Positions 49,702-63,113 of a stretch of 64,000 bases of DNA are shown piece by piece. Within the stretch, counting starts at the first letter, position 1. Each line of letters starts with the position of its first letter. Under the pieces are notes generated by a model. It was not told the origin of the DNA. It did not search any database and saw nothing but the letters and a program-made list of their open reading frames with translations. A program made the translations under genes and the position numbers. This stretch comes from Mobula hypostoma. Taxonomy: Eukaryota. Location: assembly GCF_963921235.1 (NCBI RefSeq), contig NC_086097.1, positions 239,942,001 to 240,006,000 of the forward strand, in the 5' to 3' direction.

Positions 49702-49879
49702 GGGGAAGGGTAGCACTTCTGGTGGGGGAACATGTCACATCCTTTTCAAGGCAGTTAGTCCACCTTTGGTCCCCACCTGGCACTCAGCTCTCACCTGTGG
49801 CTCCCCGTAGCTGTTTGCATGCGACAGCGGCCACACCCCGGGCAACGGCTTCGACAAGCCGGCTAAACCAGGTGAGGGT
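49702..49879 (+). ncRNA. HDV-like ribozyme candidate at the 5' end of a ~520-bp probably RTE-derived element (49702-~50222)
   Basis: P2 11 bp (49787-97 / 49869-79), P3 GGC/GCC, L3 starts UCCCCG, then GG-GCAA, P4 CGGCUU/AAGCCG and J4/2 GCUAA. P1 is only 4/7 paired. Confidence 0.55.
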
Positions 49880-50462
49880 AGCCGATGGGTCTCAAACCCT
49901 CGGTGAGATGAGGAGTTGTCTATCCCAGTATGTGAAGATAGACTCCAGCAGATTGAGCGGACGAGACCAATGGAAGGTCCAACGGTCAAGAAGATGGTCT
50001 CTGAGAGCATTGTGGAACGTGTATAGCAGGGCTAGACACAAAAGATGTCCTGGTCATCCACTCGACTCTGTCTTGCCGCTGAATCCAGATGGGAATTGGG
50101 AAGAGAGAGTGAGGCTGATGCTGCGCAACTCTCCCTCACTTAAATCCAAATCACGCGCTAGTCTTGGCACCATCATAACGGTGGCGAGGTCCTCATCGAC
50201 GTTGACGATGGAGAGACACTGATTTACCTATAAGTCACAAATGGGGGAACACTGCAGTTTGTAAAGCTCTGTCCATCAGAATCACTGAACACTGACCCCA
50301 ATGGGGGAGTACCAATGAAATGTCTTAAGGAATATCTTGAAGAAGAAAAGAGAAGAAGAGAACTTCCAGGAGGGAATGCTAAAGCTTAGGACTAAGGCTG
50401 ATAAGAACATGACTGCTAAAGTTGGTGCAGTGCAAAGCGGAGAAGGACTGAAAGCTAACACT

Positions 50463-51865
50463 ATAGACAATAGACAATAGACAATAGGTGCAGAAGTAGA
50501 CCATTTGGCCCTTTGAGCCTGCATCGCCATTCTGAGATCATGGCTGATCATCTACTATCAATACCCGGTTCCTGCCTTGTCCCCATAACCCTTGATTCCC
50601 CTATCCATAAGATACCTATCTAGCTCCTTCTTGAAAGCATACAGAGAGAATTGGCCTCCACTGCCTTCTGAGGCAGCGCGTTCCACACCTCCACAACTCT
50701 CTGGGAGAAGAAGTTCCTCCTCAACTCTGTCCTAAATGAGCTACCCCTTATTCTTAAACCATGCCCTCTGGTACTGGACTCTCCCAGCATCTGGAACATA
50801 TTTCCTGCCTCTATCTTGTCCAATCCCTTAATAATCTTATATGTCTCAAACAGATCCCCCCCTCAATCTCCTTAATTCCAGTGTGTACAAGCCCAGTCTC
50901 TTTAACTTCTCTGCGTAAGACAGTCCGGACATCCCAGGAATTAACCTAGTGAACCTACGCTGCACCTCCTCCACAGCCAGGATGTCCTTCCTTAACCCTG
51001 GAGCAAAACTGCACACAATACTCCAGGTGTGGTCTCACCAGGGCCCTGTACAAATGCAAAAGGATTTCCTTGCTCTTGTACTCAATTCCCTTTGTAATAA
51101 AGGCCAACATTCCATTAGCCTTCTTCACTGCCTGCTGCACTTGCTCATTCACCTTCAGAGACTGATGAACAAGTACTCCTAGATCTCTTTGTATTTCTCC
51201 CTTACCTAACTCCACACCGTTCAGATAATAATCTGCCTTCCTGTTCTTGCTCCCAAAGTGAATAACCTCACACTTATTCACATTAAACGCCATCTGCCAA
51301 GTTTCTGCCCACTCACCCAGCCTATCCAAATCACCTTGAATTCTCCTAACATCCTCACCACATGTCACACTGCCACCCAGTTTAGTATTATCAGCAAACT
51401 TGCTGATGTTATTCACAATGCCTTCCTCTAAATCATTGACGTAAATTGTAAACAGCTGTGGTCCCAATACCGAGCCCTGTGGCACCCCACTAGTCGCCAC
51501 CTGCCATTCCCAGAAACACCCGTTCACTGCTACCCTTTGCTTTCTATCTGCCAACCAGTTTTCTATCCATGTCAATATCCTCCCCCGCAACGCCATGAGC
51601 TCTGATTTTACCCACCAATCTCCTATGTGGTACCTTATCGAATGCCTTCTGAAAGTCAAGGTACACCACATCCACTGGATTTCCCGTGTCTATCTTCCTG
51701 GTTACATCCTCAAAAAACTCCAATAGATTAGTCAAGCATGATTTGCCCTTGGTTAATCCATGCTGGCTCGGCCCAAAATCACTGCTATCAAGATATGCCG
51801 CTATTTCATCTTTAATAATGGACTCTAGCATCTTCCCCACTACTGATGTTAGGCTAACAGGGCGA
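50463..51865 (-). mobile_element. CR1 LINE (RT to 3' tail)
   Basis: RPVSLTSVVGKMLESI, YLDFQKAFDKVPH, SGVPQGSVLGP, KFADNTK; (CTATTGT)n tail. Confidence 0.95.
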
Positions 51866-52179
51866 CTCCGTATATATCCCAGATGATTGTAGGGCTTGAA
51901 GAGTTTTAGCCAGAGTTGGCAAAACCATGTGTCAATTTCAATTTTGTCTGACTGACTGTAAGCCACATTCAGGTATAGAGAATATTACTCCAGCTGCAGT
52001 CAAAACTTACTTCCAGCTGAAAACGTGGAAGATTTTAGTGCTCACTGAATGTTGAACAATGATGGAACTGTTAAAATCAACTTATTAGTCTAATAATAAA
52101 AGGCCAGAGGGGAGATCAGTTCTTTTTTAAAAAAAATGAATTGCTTTAACTTAGTAAATGTCTCAAATGTCTGAAATAC

Positions 52180-52765
52180 CTTTATTTCCTGTGGAGCATG
52201 AAGAAAGCTCACCTCTTTCCCAGGATACTGACGGACTTTTACCGCTGCACCATTGCGAGCATACTCACCAACTGCATCTCAGTGTGGTATGGCAATTGTC
52301 CCGTATCGGACTGTAAAGCACTCCAGCATGTGGTGAAAACTGCCCAGCGGATTATCGGCACCCAATTGCCCACCATTGAGAACATCTACCGTAAACGCTG
52401 CCTGGGCAGGGCGAAAAGCATTATCAGGGATGCATCTCACCCTAACCATGGACTTTTTACTCTCCTCCCATCTGATAGGCACTACAGGAGCCTCCACTCC
52501 CACACCAGCAGGCACAGGAAGATCTTCTTCCCTGAGGCTGTGACACTGCTGAACCTCTCATCACAGCGCTAAGCAGTATTGCATCCGTATTGTACTGTCT
52601 CAGTACTTTTATATTTGTGTGCTGTAGCACTTTTTTTATTCACAGTTATTTTGTAAATAACACAATTCTTTGCATTTCTGGTCAGATGCTAAATGCATTT
52701 CATTGGCTTTGTATCTGTACTCGGCACAATGACAATAAAGTTGAATCTAATCTAATCTAATCTAA
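52180..52765 (+). mobile_element. Rex1/Babar LINE 3' fragment
   Basis: FYRCTIASILTNCISVWYGNC, DASHP.H.LF.LLPS; AATAAAG and (AATCT)n tail. Confidence 0.9.
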
Positions 52766-53829
52766 ATAGATAGCAGAAGCATGTATATTGGGAATTTTCA
52801 AAAGGGAATTGGATGGAAGTTTGCACTAGAAAATATTATGTTGGATCTGAATGTTTAATTCTTAGATTAGATTGTTTAATTGTTTAATTCTTAGATTCAA
52901 CTGTTTAATAGTTATTTTCTTTGCAGTTTAAATACTAATTATGGGCTTGTAGTTTATATAATTGCTTATATAGAAGTAGCTGCTTACTGTGCTTCCTAGT
53001 GCCATTAACGTAGCTGTGCAAGTTCAGTGTGTTCCCCAAATGGTTATACAAAGTATAATTCTGGAAGTTCTTCTTGGTAATGCATTACTTGAATAAGAAC
53101 TATCTCATTCTCTCTTATCTACTAATTTGAATGGAATTTTCCTTGCATGAACCAGCTGATCCATGAGGTCAGTACCATCTTAATCCTAGTCTCTTAGCGT
53201 TTTGTCTCTCCCTTCATTTAGTAGACCTCTATTACTGTTGTTTCTATTTTCTTTGTTCTATTATGTTTAATAAAACAATTATGAAGCAACAAGTATTGTA
53301 CCTCTTTCCTGACTTCTAAAAGAATCTTAGATTAAAACATTAGAACCCAACAATTGCCAGCCAAGAGGTTTGAGCAGTAGATTTGGGGGGAGGGGTACCT
53401 GAATAGTTCTTTGAGTAAGTTGGAATAGATTCAATTCAATCAAATGGTCCCCTTAAACACAAAAGGATCTGCAGGTGCTGGGAATCCCGAGTTACACACA
53501 CAAAAATGCTGAAGGAGCTCAACAGGCCAGGAAGCATCTATGGACAGCGATAAAGAGTCAACTTTTCAGACTGACTCTGATGTTTCTTTGCCCGTTACAT
53601 CGACTCTTTATTCATTTCCATAGATGCTGCTTGACCTTCTGAGTTCCACCAAGTGGTCTTGTTCCGTGATGTATTATTTGATATTATACCCTTGGGAGAT
53701 GGTAGCTTCAAACAACTCCCAGACTCCCAGTTCTCAGACTGAAACTGTACATACCTGAGAAGAACTTCACTTGCATACTCAAAAGATTTAATGGCGCATT
53801 AATGTTAATGTGCCTAAGAAAGATAAAAA

Positions 53830-54417
53830 TTGGTTGCAGCTTGTTCAAATGCAGCAGCAAGAAACAAAAAACAAAGTCTGAACATATCTCACTGGTTTTG
53901 ACATCATTACCCTGGCTGCTTGTGTTCTTTATAATCAATTGCATATAAGGCTCTGAATAATCTAGCTCTTCATGTATTTTGGAATGTTTATTCCCTTACA
54001 TCCGCAATCATAATCTTAGATTTGTGAATAATGATTTGCTTAGTTTTCCTAGAGCCAAGGATTTAAGAACTGCTGATACAGTCTTTTGCTGTTATGCACC
54101 AAAAATCTGGAATACTCTACTGACTGAGACATGCCAGGCTAGTAATGCGGAACGTTTCAAACCTCTGCTAAAGACCTACCTTTTTAATATGGCCTTTTTG
54201 TAGGATTACTTGATACCTGTTGATATTGATTATATTTATATAATTTGGTATATCTGATTCCATTTTATTCTATGTAATGTTTATCTTGACATATGATTTT
54301 TAATTTTGTCTCATTTTTATGACTATACTGATTTTTCTTTACAATCCATGTAAAGCACTTTCAGTCTGCATCTTAATGCATGAAAAATGCTACGTAAGTA
54401 AAAGTATTATTATTATC
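53830..54417 (+). mobile_element. L2 LINE 3' fragment
   Basis: EHIS.VL.SL.WL, YKAL..LA, F.CYAPKIWN.L, FK.LLKTYLF; (TAT)n tail. Confidence 0.75.
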
Positions 54418-57400
54418 TTAAATACCTGAGCACCTCTGTTTAAATATTTACTTATTTATTTCTTGAGATACGCTGCGGAATGGGCCCTTCCAGCCCTTCG
54501 AGCTGCACCACACAGCAACTCAAAATTTAATCGTAGCCTAATCACAGGACCATTTACAATGACCAATTAACCTGCCAAATGATACACCCTTGGACTGTGG
54601 GAGGAAACTGGAGCACCCGGAAGAAAGCCACACAGTCACGGGGAGAACATAGAAACATAGAAACATAGAAAATAGGTGCAGGAGTAGGCCATTCGGCCCT
54701 TCGAGCCTGCACCGCCATTTATTATGATCATGGCTGATCCTCCAACTCAGAACCCCGCCCCAGCCTTCCCTCCATACCCCCTGACCCTCGTAGCCACAAG
54801 GGCCATATCTAACTCCCTCTGAAATATAGCCAGTGATCTGGCCTCAACTGTTACCTGTGGCAGAGAATTCCACAAATTCACCACACTCTGTGTGAAGAAG
54901 TTTTTCCTAATCTCGGTCCTAAAAGGCTTCCCCTCTATCCTCAAACTGTGACCTTCAAATTCCTTACTGACAGTGGCAGGAATTGACCCTGGGTCATTGA
55001 TACTGTAAATTGCTGTGCTAACCACTACACTACTATGCTCCCCCAAAGGAAATTTCAATGAACTGGTTAATGTTTGAATACAATTTTATTCTTTTCTCCT
55101 ATCTATATACTCCAAAACAATCCACTATCTGAAACTCCGAGGCAGCTCGATCTAGTCGTACTTTCTGTAGTTTAATGTATTTGACTTCAGAGGGTGAAAC
55201 TTCTGAAAAGCATGTTAACAAGCAGTGTTATCTATTATCCCGTAGTGTAATTTCAAGGCTGATGTAGAAACTCATTTGTCATGGTACAGGAAATCTATTT
55301 TACTTTGTAGTATAACTTGAAAGTTAGCTGTGAATGAAAATGCAAAATTATAATACAAATTTGCTTAGAATACACCTTTGCATTAAGTAATTAGAATTCT
55401 TGTCTCCATAATTTTGCTTGGTTGAATGGTTTCATCAAAGGTTAATGTGCAGCCAGGTTCTAATTTTTGCATAAAACCTGTTAAATGCTGGCAGTGTGCC
55501 CAAATCCTATCCAAAGCTTTGTCCCGTGCTAAAGTAGGTCATTTTAAACCATGGACAGGTGCTGAACATTTTGCAAAGGGAAGCGAGATGTCCTGGAATT
55601 TTGTTGCAAGCCGGAACCAATGGCTCAGACTTGGTGGAGAAATGCCAGCAGTTCCACAAAGAATTGTTAACATTTCCCTCCATAAGAGCCAGAAGGTTCA
55701 CCAAGCTATCACCAATTACTTTCTGCAATTGAAATCCAGCAGCAGAATGCAAAGTTGTTGCGATTTCCCAGAACTTGTAAAGCTTAAACCACACATTCCA
55801 GATGAGTCACTGCAGGGATATTTATTAAAATGGAGGGGAATAGTTACAAGGAACTCGGGGGATTTTACTTTACTTACATACATTTAAGTTGTTTCAGTAT
55901 GTTGATTTAGAGAAGGAAAACTCTGATTTCAAACTTCCACTGCTTTACCACTATACCCACTCATGGAGAAGGCTTCGGGAGTAAACCCCAGAGGAAAAAT
56001 CCAGAGCTGTGGTCCCTAAGGCAGTCCTATGTTGACTTCAATGCTGGTTGGTAACTCCTGTGATGTCGCTGGTGTCAAACTGTATTTTTCTGTACTGTTT
56101 CTTTGGAGGTAAAAGCTGCGTAGAGAAGGGGAGCCCGTTGCATGGGCAACAGCTTCCACTCCATATCGTACTGCCCTGGCTTGTATACCAGCTTGTATAT
56201 CCATAACACCATAAGATATAGGAGCAGAATCAGGTCATTTGGTACATCTGGTCTGCCCCACCATTATCCCTCTCAGCCCCAATATCACGTAGACAGCTAT
56301 TGCACAACATCCATGGTCGACCCCAGTCAATGTAGGGCCACCACCAATTTGCTTTAGATGAATAATTATCCATGTATTCTGTTTTATTCTTATTGCTTTT
56401 TCCTTTTATATTCATTTTATTTTTTAATACATACTTCTGAACATTTTTAAAAAGTGTAATTATTTTTAAATGTTTTGAATAGCAGAAGTATTTAGAAACA
56501 GTGTTTTTCGTGCAAGGCCAGCTGGCAATTTTTTCAGCAATTTGGTGTGTGCGTGTGTGATGGGGCAGGGTGTCAGAATGTACATTGCCATCACACATAA
56601 AACCCGGAAATCCCTCCCTGGTAATGATGAAATTGCCTTCATACAACAAGCTGTCCTTAGGGGAATTGCATCGGATAAACCTTGGCATGGCAAGCGCAGA
56701 ACAACACGCACAAATTCCTGAAGGAAATCAGCAGGTCAGGCAGCACACATAGGGAGGAGTAAACAGTTAACTTTTCAGGCCAAGACTCTTCATCAGGACT
56801 TATCAGGACATCAAGTCTTTATGGCAAGTGCAGACTGCTTGGTGCTTTCAATGATACGACTGGGAAAAGTGTCAAGATTCTACAGATAGAAGTTCAATTG
56901 CTGGGAAAGAAGATAATGGCGTACCTGAAAATATTGGTTACCCCAGGCAGTGAACTAGTAAGAGGAGGGAAGCTCAGACTTAGACTTAGGAAAAGAAGCT
57001 GGGCAGATGGTGGAAGAGTCAATGGGTGCAGTGACCATAATTCTACATGCTGCAAGATAACATCAGGTTGATCCTCATGTCAGGGACCTAAGCTGGGGGA
57101 GTACAGGTTGCAACGGTTGAATTTACTGGGGGTAAAGGCTGTAAGAGAGTTTCTGGTGCAAGTAGTTTGGGGGAAGATCCTTGTGAATAAAAAACGGCTG
57201 GGAAATGGGAGTCCTGTAAAGTGTCTTTTACAATTAAAAATCATATAACTGGGAAACCTTGAAAGACAACGGATATTGAGGCACGTGAGGTTCCCTGCTC
57301 CCATTCTAACAACTTGCAACAGGAGCACCACTGAGAGTGTTCTGTCTGGCAGCATCACCGTGTGGTACAGAAGCTGCAAGGCATCAGGTCACAAGACCCT

Positions 57401-58326
57401 GCAGAGGAGAGCAAAAACCATGGAGCAGATTATCGTGGTCTCCTCACTTTCATTTGTGACATTTGCAATTTTCCAGTCCTCTGGAGCCATGCCAGAGTCC
57501 AATGATTCTTGAAAGATCATTCATAATGCCTCCATAATTTCTACTGCCACCTCTTTCAGAACTCTAGGGTGCAGTTCATCTGTTCCGGATGACTTATGTA
57601 CCTTTTGGTCTTCCAACTTTTGGAGCACCTTCTCCCTTGTAATAGTAACTGCACTCACTTCTCTTCCCTCACCCCCTTCAACACCTGGCACACTGCTGCT
57701 GTCTTCCAGTGAAAACTGATGCAAAATACTCATTTAGTTCATCTGCCATCTTCTTGTCCCCCATTATCATATCTCTGGCCTCATTTTCTAGTGGTCTTAT
57801 ATCCACTCTCATCTCCCTTTTATTTTTTTATATACTTGAAAAAGCTTTTTTTTATCTGCCTTGATATTGTTTGCTAGCTTGCTTTCATATTGCGTGTTTT
57901 CCCTCCTAATGATTCTGTTAGTTGTTTTCTGTAGGCTTTTAAAAGCTTCCCAATCCTCTATCTTCCCACAAATGTTTGTTTTGTTGTATGCCATCTCGTT
58001 TGCTTTTACATTAGCTTTGATTTCCCTTGTCAGCCACGGTTGTACTATTATGCCATTTGAGTATCTCTTCATTTTTGGATGAGAGCTATCCTGCATCTTC
58101 CTCACTTTTTTTTCCCTGAAACTCAAGCCATCTCTGCTCTGCTGTCATCCCTGCCAGCATCTCCTTCCAATTTACTTTGGTCAACTCCTCTCTCATACCA
58201 ATGTAATTTTCTTTACTCTTCTGAATTATAAGTGTGTAATATGATGAAAGGCAATAATCATGTGGATAATCAGAGACTTTTTCCCAGGGCTGAAATGGCT
58301 AACACAAGAGGGCACAGTTTTTAGGT

Positions 58327-58923
58327 CGCAAACACGAGGAAATCTTCAAATGCTGGAAATTCAAGCAACACACATAAAAAATGCTGGTGAACGCAGCAGG
58401 CCAGGCAGCATCTATAGGAAGAGGTGCAGTCGACGTTTCGGGCCGAGACCCTTCGTCAGGACTAACTGAAAGAATAGATAGTAAGAGATTTGAAAGTGGG
58501 AGGGGGAGGGGAGATCTGAAATGATAGGAGAAGACAGGAGGGGGAGGGATGGAGCCAAGAGCTGGAAAGTTGATTGGCAGAAGGGATACAAGGCTGGAGA
58601 AGTGAGAGGATCATGGGATGGGAGGTCTAGGGAGAAAGAAAGAGGAAGAGGAGCCCAGAGGATGAGTAAGGAGTTATAGTGAGAGAGACAGAGGGAGATA
58701 AATAAATAAATAAGGGATAGGGTATGAAGGGCAGGTGGGGCATTAATGGAAGTTACAGAAGTCAGGCTGGCGGCTACTCAGACGGAATATAAGGTGTTGT
58801 TCCTACAACCTGAGTGTGGCTTCCTGTTGATAGTAGAGGAGGCCGTGGAGAGACATATCAGAATAGGAATGGGACGTGGAATTAAAATGTGTGGCCACTG
58901 GGAGATCCTACTTTCTCTGGTGG
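58327..58923 (-). mobile_element. young Penelope-like 3' end inserted in a + strand CR1 fragment (~58230-59201)
   Basis: TSD ACAGTTTT(T/A)AGGT (58314-58326 and 58924-58936); GIY-YIG C-terminal remnant, pyrimidine tract and hammerhead. Confidence 0.9.
58427..58464 (-). ncRNA. minimal type I hammerhead ribozyme motif, best-preserved copy
   Basis: UAGUC CUGACGA A GGGU-CUCG-GCCC GAAA CG UC|GACUG, with full core, stem II and stem I intact. Confidence 0.85.
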
Positions 58924-59586
58924 ACAGTTTTAAGGTGCGTGGAAGGAGGTACAGAGGAGATGTCAGTGGTAAGTTTTTACACAGAGAGTGGTGTGCGTGG
59001 AATGGGCTGCCATTGACAGTGGTGGAAGCGGATACGATAGGGTCTTTTAAGAGACTTTTGGATAGGTACATGGAGCTTAGAAAAATAGAGGGCTATGGGT
59101 AACCCGAGGTAATTTCTAAAGTTAGTACATGTTCGGTACAGCATTGTGGGCCAAAGAGCCTGTATCGTGCTTTAGGTTTTCTATGTTTCTATGTTTTTAT
59201 GAAATACTGCTATGCCAGACTTCACTTTCTCCCTATCAGATTTCAAGTCAAACTCAATCATTTTGTAATCACTAGCTCCAAAGGGTTCCTTTACTTGAAG
59301 TTCACTAGTTACTTCTGGTTCATTAAATAACACCCAAACCAGTACAGCTGATCCCCTAATAGGCTCAATGACAAACTGCTCTAAAAAACCATCTTGTAGG
59401 CACTCAACAAACTCACTCTCTTGAGATCTATTACTAACTTGATTTTCCCAATCTAACCTGCATGTTACAATCTCCCATGACTATCATAACATTGCCCTTT
59501 TGACTTGCCTTTTCGATTCCCCTTGTAATCTGTAGTACACATCCCAACTACTGTTTGGAGGTGTGTATATAACTGCCATCAGGGCT

Positions 59587-61408
59587 ATAGAACATAGAAC
59601 ATAGAAACCTACAGCACATTACAGGCCCTTTGGCCCACAATGTTGTGTCGACCATGTAATCTACTCTAGAAGATGCCTAAAATTTCCCTAGCGTATAGCC
59701 CTCCATCTTTCTAAACTCCATGTACCTATTTAAGAGCTCTTAAAAGACCTTATTGTATCCGCCTCTACCATCTTCATTGGCAGTGCATTCCACACATTCA
59801 ACCACTCTCTGTGTGAAAAACTTATTTCTGACATCCCTCTTCTACCTACTTCCAAGCACCTTAAAACTATGCCCCCTCCTGTTAGCCATTATAGTCCTGG
59901 GAAGAAAGCCTCTGGCTATCCACACAATCAATGCCTCTCATCATCTTATACACCTATATCAGGTCACCTCTCATCCTCCGTCACTCCAAGGAGAAAAGGC
60001 CAAGTTCACTCAACCTATTCTCATAAGGCACTCTCTTCAATCCAGGCAACATCCTTGTAAATCTCCTCTTCACTCTGTCTATAGTATCCACATCCTTCCT
60101 GTAACGAAGCAACCAGAACTGAACACAGTACTCTAAGAGAGATCTAACTAAGGTCTTATATAGCTGTAACATTACCTCACGCCTCTTGAACTCAATCCCA
60201 CAGCTGATGAAGGCCAACACACCATATGCCTTCTTAACAACACTGCCAACCTGCGCAGCAGCTTTGAGTGGCCTATGGTCTCGGACCCCAAGACATCGCT
60301 GATCCTCCACAGTGCCAAGAGTCTTCCCATTAATATTATATTCTGTCTTCAAAATTTGACCTACCAAAATGAACCACTACACATTTATCTGGATTAAACT
60401 CCAAATGCCACTTCTCAACCCAGTTCTGAATCCTATCGATGTCACGCTGTAACCTCTGACAACTCTCCAGACTATCCATAACAACCCCCCCCCCGCAACT
60501 TTTGTATCATCAAGAAACTTACTAACCCACCCTTCATTTCCTCTTCCAGGTCATTTTAAAAAATCACAAAGAGGAGGAGTCCCAGAACAGATCCCTGTGG
60601 AACACCAGTGGTCACCAACCTCAATGCAAAATACAAACCATCCACAACCACCCTTTGCCTTCTGTGGTCAAGCCAATTTTGGATCCACAAAGCAAGCTCT
60701 CCTTGGATCCCATGTCTCATTACTTTCTGAATGAGCCTCGCATGGGGTACCTTATCAAATGCCTTACTGAAATCCATATACACTACATCCACTGCTCTAC
60801 CTTCATCAATGTGTCACCTCCTCAAAGAATTCAATCGGGTTCTTAAGGCATGACCTGCCCTTGACAAAGCCATGCTGACTATCCCCAATCAGATTATGTC
60901 TCTCTAAATACTCGTAAACCCTGTCTCTCAGGATCTTCTCCAACTACTTGTCCACCATTGAAGTGAGACTCACTGGTCTATAATTTCCTGGGTTATCTCT
61001 ACTCCCTTTCTTGAACAAGAAAACGACATTTGCAGCCTTCTTCCGTCCCTATTGATAATGGAAAGATCATCGCCAAAGGCTCAGCAATCTCCTCTCTCAC
61101 TTCCCACAGTAGCCTGGGGTACATCTCATCCAGTCTCAGTGACTTGTCTAACTTAATAGTTTTCAAAAGCTCCAGCATATACTCTTTCTTAATGTCTATA
61201 CACTCAAGCATTCCAGTCCATTTTAAGTCATCCCCACAATTGCCAAGGTCTTTTTCACTGTTGAATACTGAAGCAAAGTATTCATTAAGTACCTCTGTTA
61301 CCTCCTCCGGCTCCATGCAAATGTTTCTACTCTCACTCCTGACTGGTCGTATTCTCACACAGCTCATCCTCTTGTTCTTCACATAATTGTAGGCTGCCTT
61401 GGGGTTTT
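59587..61408 (-). mobile_element. CR1 LINE nested in an older CR1
   Basis: YMDFSKAFDKVPH, GVPQGSVLG, LYKTLVR..LEYCVQFW; tail at 59587. Confidence 0.9.
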
Positions 61409-62219
61409 GGCCCTTTTACCCTTACAGTTTTTTAACTCAACCCTCAAGGATTCAACATCTTCTGATCTTATGTCAAATCTCTCTAATGATTTGATGCCAT
61501 TCTTTACCAGCAGAGCCACACCACCCGCTCTGCCTACCTTCATATCCCTCCAATACAATGTGTAAACTTGGACATTCAGCTCCCAACCACAACCATCCTT
61601 GAGCTGCAATTCAGTAATGGCCAAAACGTCATACCCGACAATCAGTAAACATGCATCCACCTTATTTCTTACACTCCATGCATTGAGATATAACACTTTG
61701 AGTACTGTATTTGCCATCCCTTTTGATTCTGCATCCCTAATGCACTGATACTCACCCTGCTGGCTGCAATTACATCCTATAATCTGCCTGCCCTTCCTGA
61801 CAGTCCGACAGCATGTTATCTTTGTTTTCTTACCATCCACCCTATCCAGAGTCCCCTCACTCCAGTTCCCCTGCTCCTGGCAAATTTTGGCCACTTGCTC
61901 CAAAAAGTATAGGAAATTTTCTTCTTACTAAAACAGTACACAATATGGCTTCGTTTAATTTTCAAAGTGACTTTTTTGTATAATGTTTTATAACTTGCTG
62001 ATCCCTCAGACAAGGGAATTGTCTAGACGTAGTTGCATTCTGTTACCAAAGCAGCAAATTCTACTGTGATATAAAGTGAGTCATACATTTAAAGCCTCTC
62101 AGGCCTCACCTGTGGCGAGATTGGCTCATGTACTGCTTTTTTTTTGCCTTCTCACCCTGTGTCTCGATAACAATCCAAAGTAAACATACTTGATTTGATT
62201 TTGTAATTCCTCTTTGCAG

Positions 62220-62276
62220 GAAAATTCACGTTAAGTACAGCTGGAGATGATGAAACTATGTCTGACATCCAGCTGG
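62220..62276 (+). CDS. candidate exon (57 nt; GKFTLSTAGDDETMSDIQL, or first coding exon MSDIQL...)
   Basis: Acceptor ttgtaattcctctttgcAG and donor TGG|GTAACC in unique sequence. Confidence 0.35.
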
Positions 62277-63113
62277 GTAACCAGGCATTGTTCGATCTGT
62301 CTGGGCATTTGAAGCACAGAATGTTTTGAAGGAAAGAAAATTATCATAAAATCTCAAGTGTCTGATTCAGGCAACGTTGGTGGCTGAGGAACACTTGGCC
62401 TTTTCGCAGAAACTGTTAAGATCATTTGCAAATGAAGTAGGGGAGAGGGAGTCACTGAGTGCGCTGTAAAGAGCAGTTGGCCAAAACCAAGCTTTTCACA
62501 ATAGTATCTTGGTATTTGAATACAAAAGCCAGGCAGTGTGCTGACAGTCCATCACCCACATGATTGTGAAGAGGCCACACTCAGGGTGGAGAAACAATAC
62601 CTCATATTCCATCTGGACAGCTTCTACCAGCGGCATGAACGTCAATTTTTTCTGACTTCTGGTCATTTTTTCCCCCTTTCCTTTCTCTCTTTTTTCATTC
62701 CCCATTCTGACTCCCTTCTTACCCATTCTCTCTGCCTCACTTACCCATCATCTCCCTCCAATGCCCCTCCTCTATCCTTTTCTCCCATGGCCAACTCCCC
62801 TCTCCTTTAAAATTCCTTCTTCAGCCCTTCCACCTACCCCGCTCCTAGTTTCTTATTTCATCTCCCTTCCCCACCCACCCACCTTCCCCATCACCTGGTT
62901 TCAACTATCACCTGCCTTCTTGCACTCCTTCTTCTCCCCATTTTCTTCTTCCCCCTTCCTCCCCAGTCCAGTGAAAGGTTTATTCCTCTCCTTGGATACT
63001 TCTTGAGCTGCTGAGTTCCTCCAACATGTTATGTTTATTACTCTGGATTTCCAGCATCTTCAGAATCCCTCCCCCTCCAACTTTCAAATCCCTTACTCAC
63101 TCTTCCTTCAGTT

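Larger units (their letters stand above)
57465..61870 (-). mobile_element. old CR1 LINE (endonuclease to RT linker) with nested insertions
   Basis: APE motifs LKVLYLNAWSVRNK and VLAITE. VELKNCKGKRA|LMAVIYTPPNS joins across the 59587-61408 insertion. Confidence 0.85.

Noticed and set aside
49671..50222. 183-aa ORF
   Set aside because: It overlaps a GC-rich structured repeat with no recognisable protein motif; the RNA structure explains the region better.
48241..50289. ~30-bp direct repeat TTTGTAAAGCTCTGTCCA..TCAGAATCACTGA at 48241 and 50258 as a giant TSD
   Set aside because: The copies differ by an indel and enclose several unrelated elements; more likely fragments of an old repeat or a small duplication.
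55426..55887. 153-aa ATG-initiated ORF in unique sequence
   Set aside because: No recognisable motif or splice context; cannot be supported without homology or expression data.
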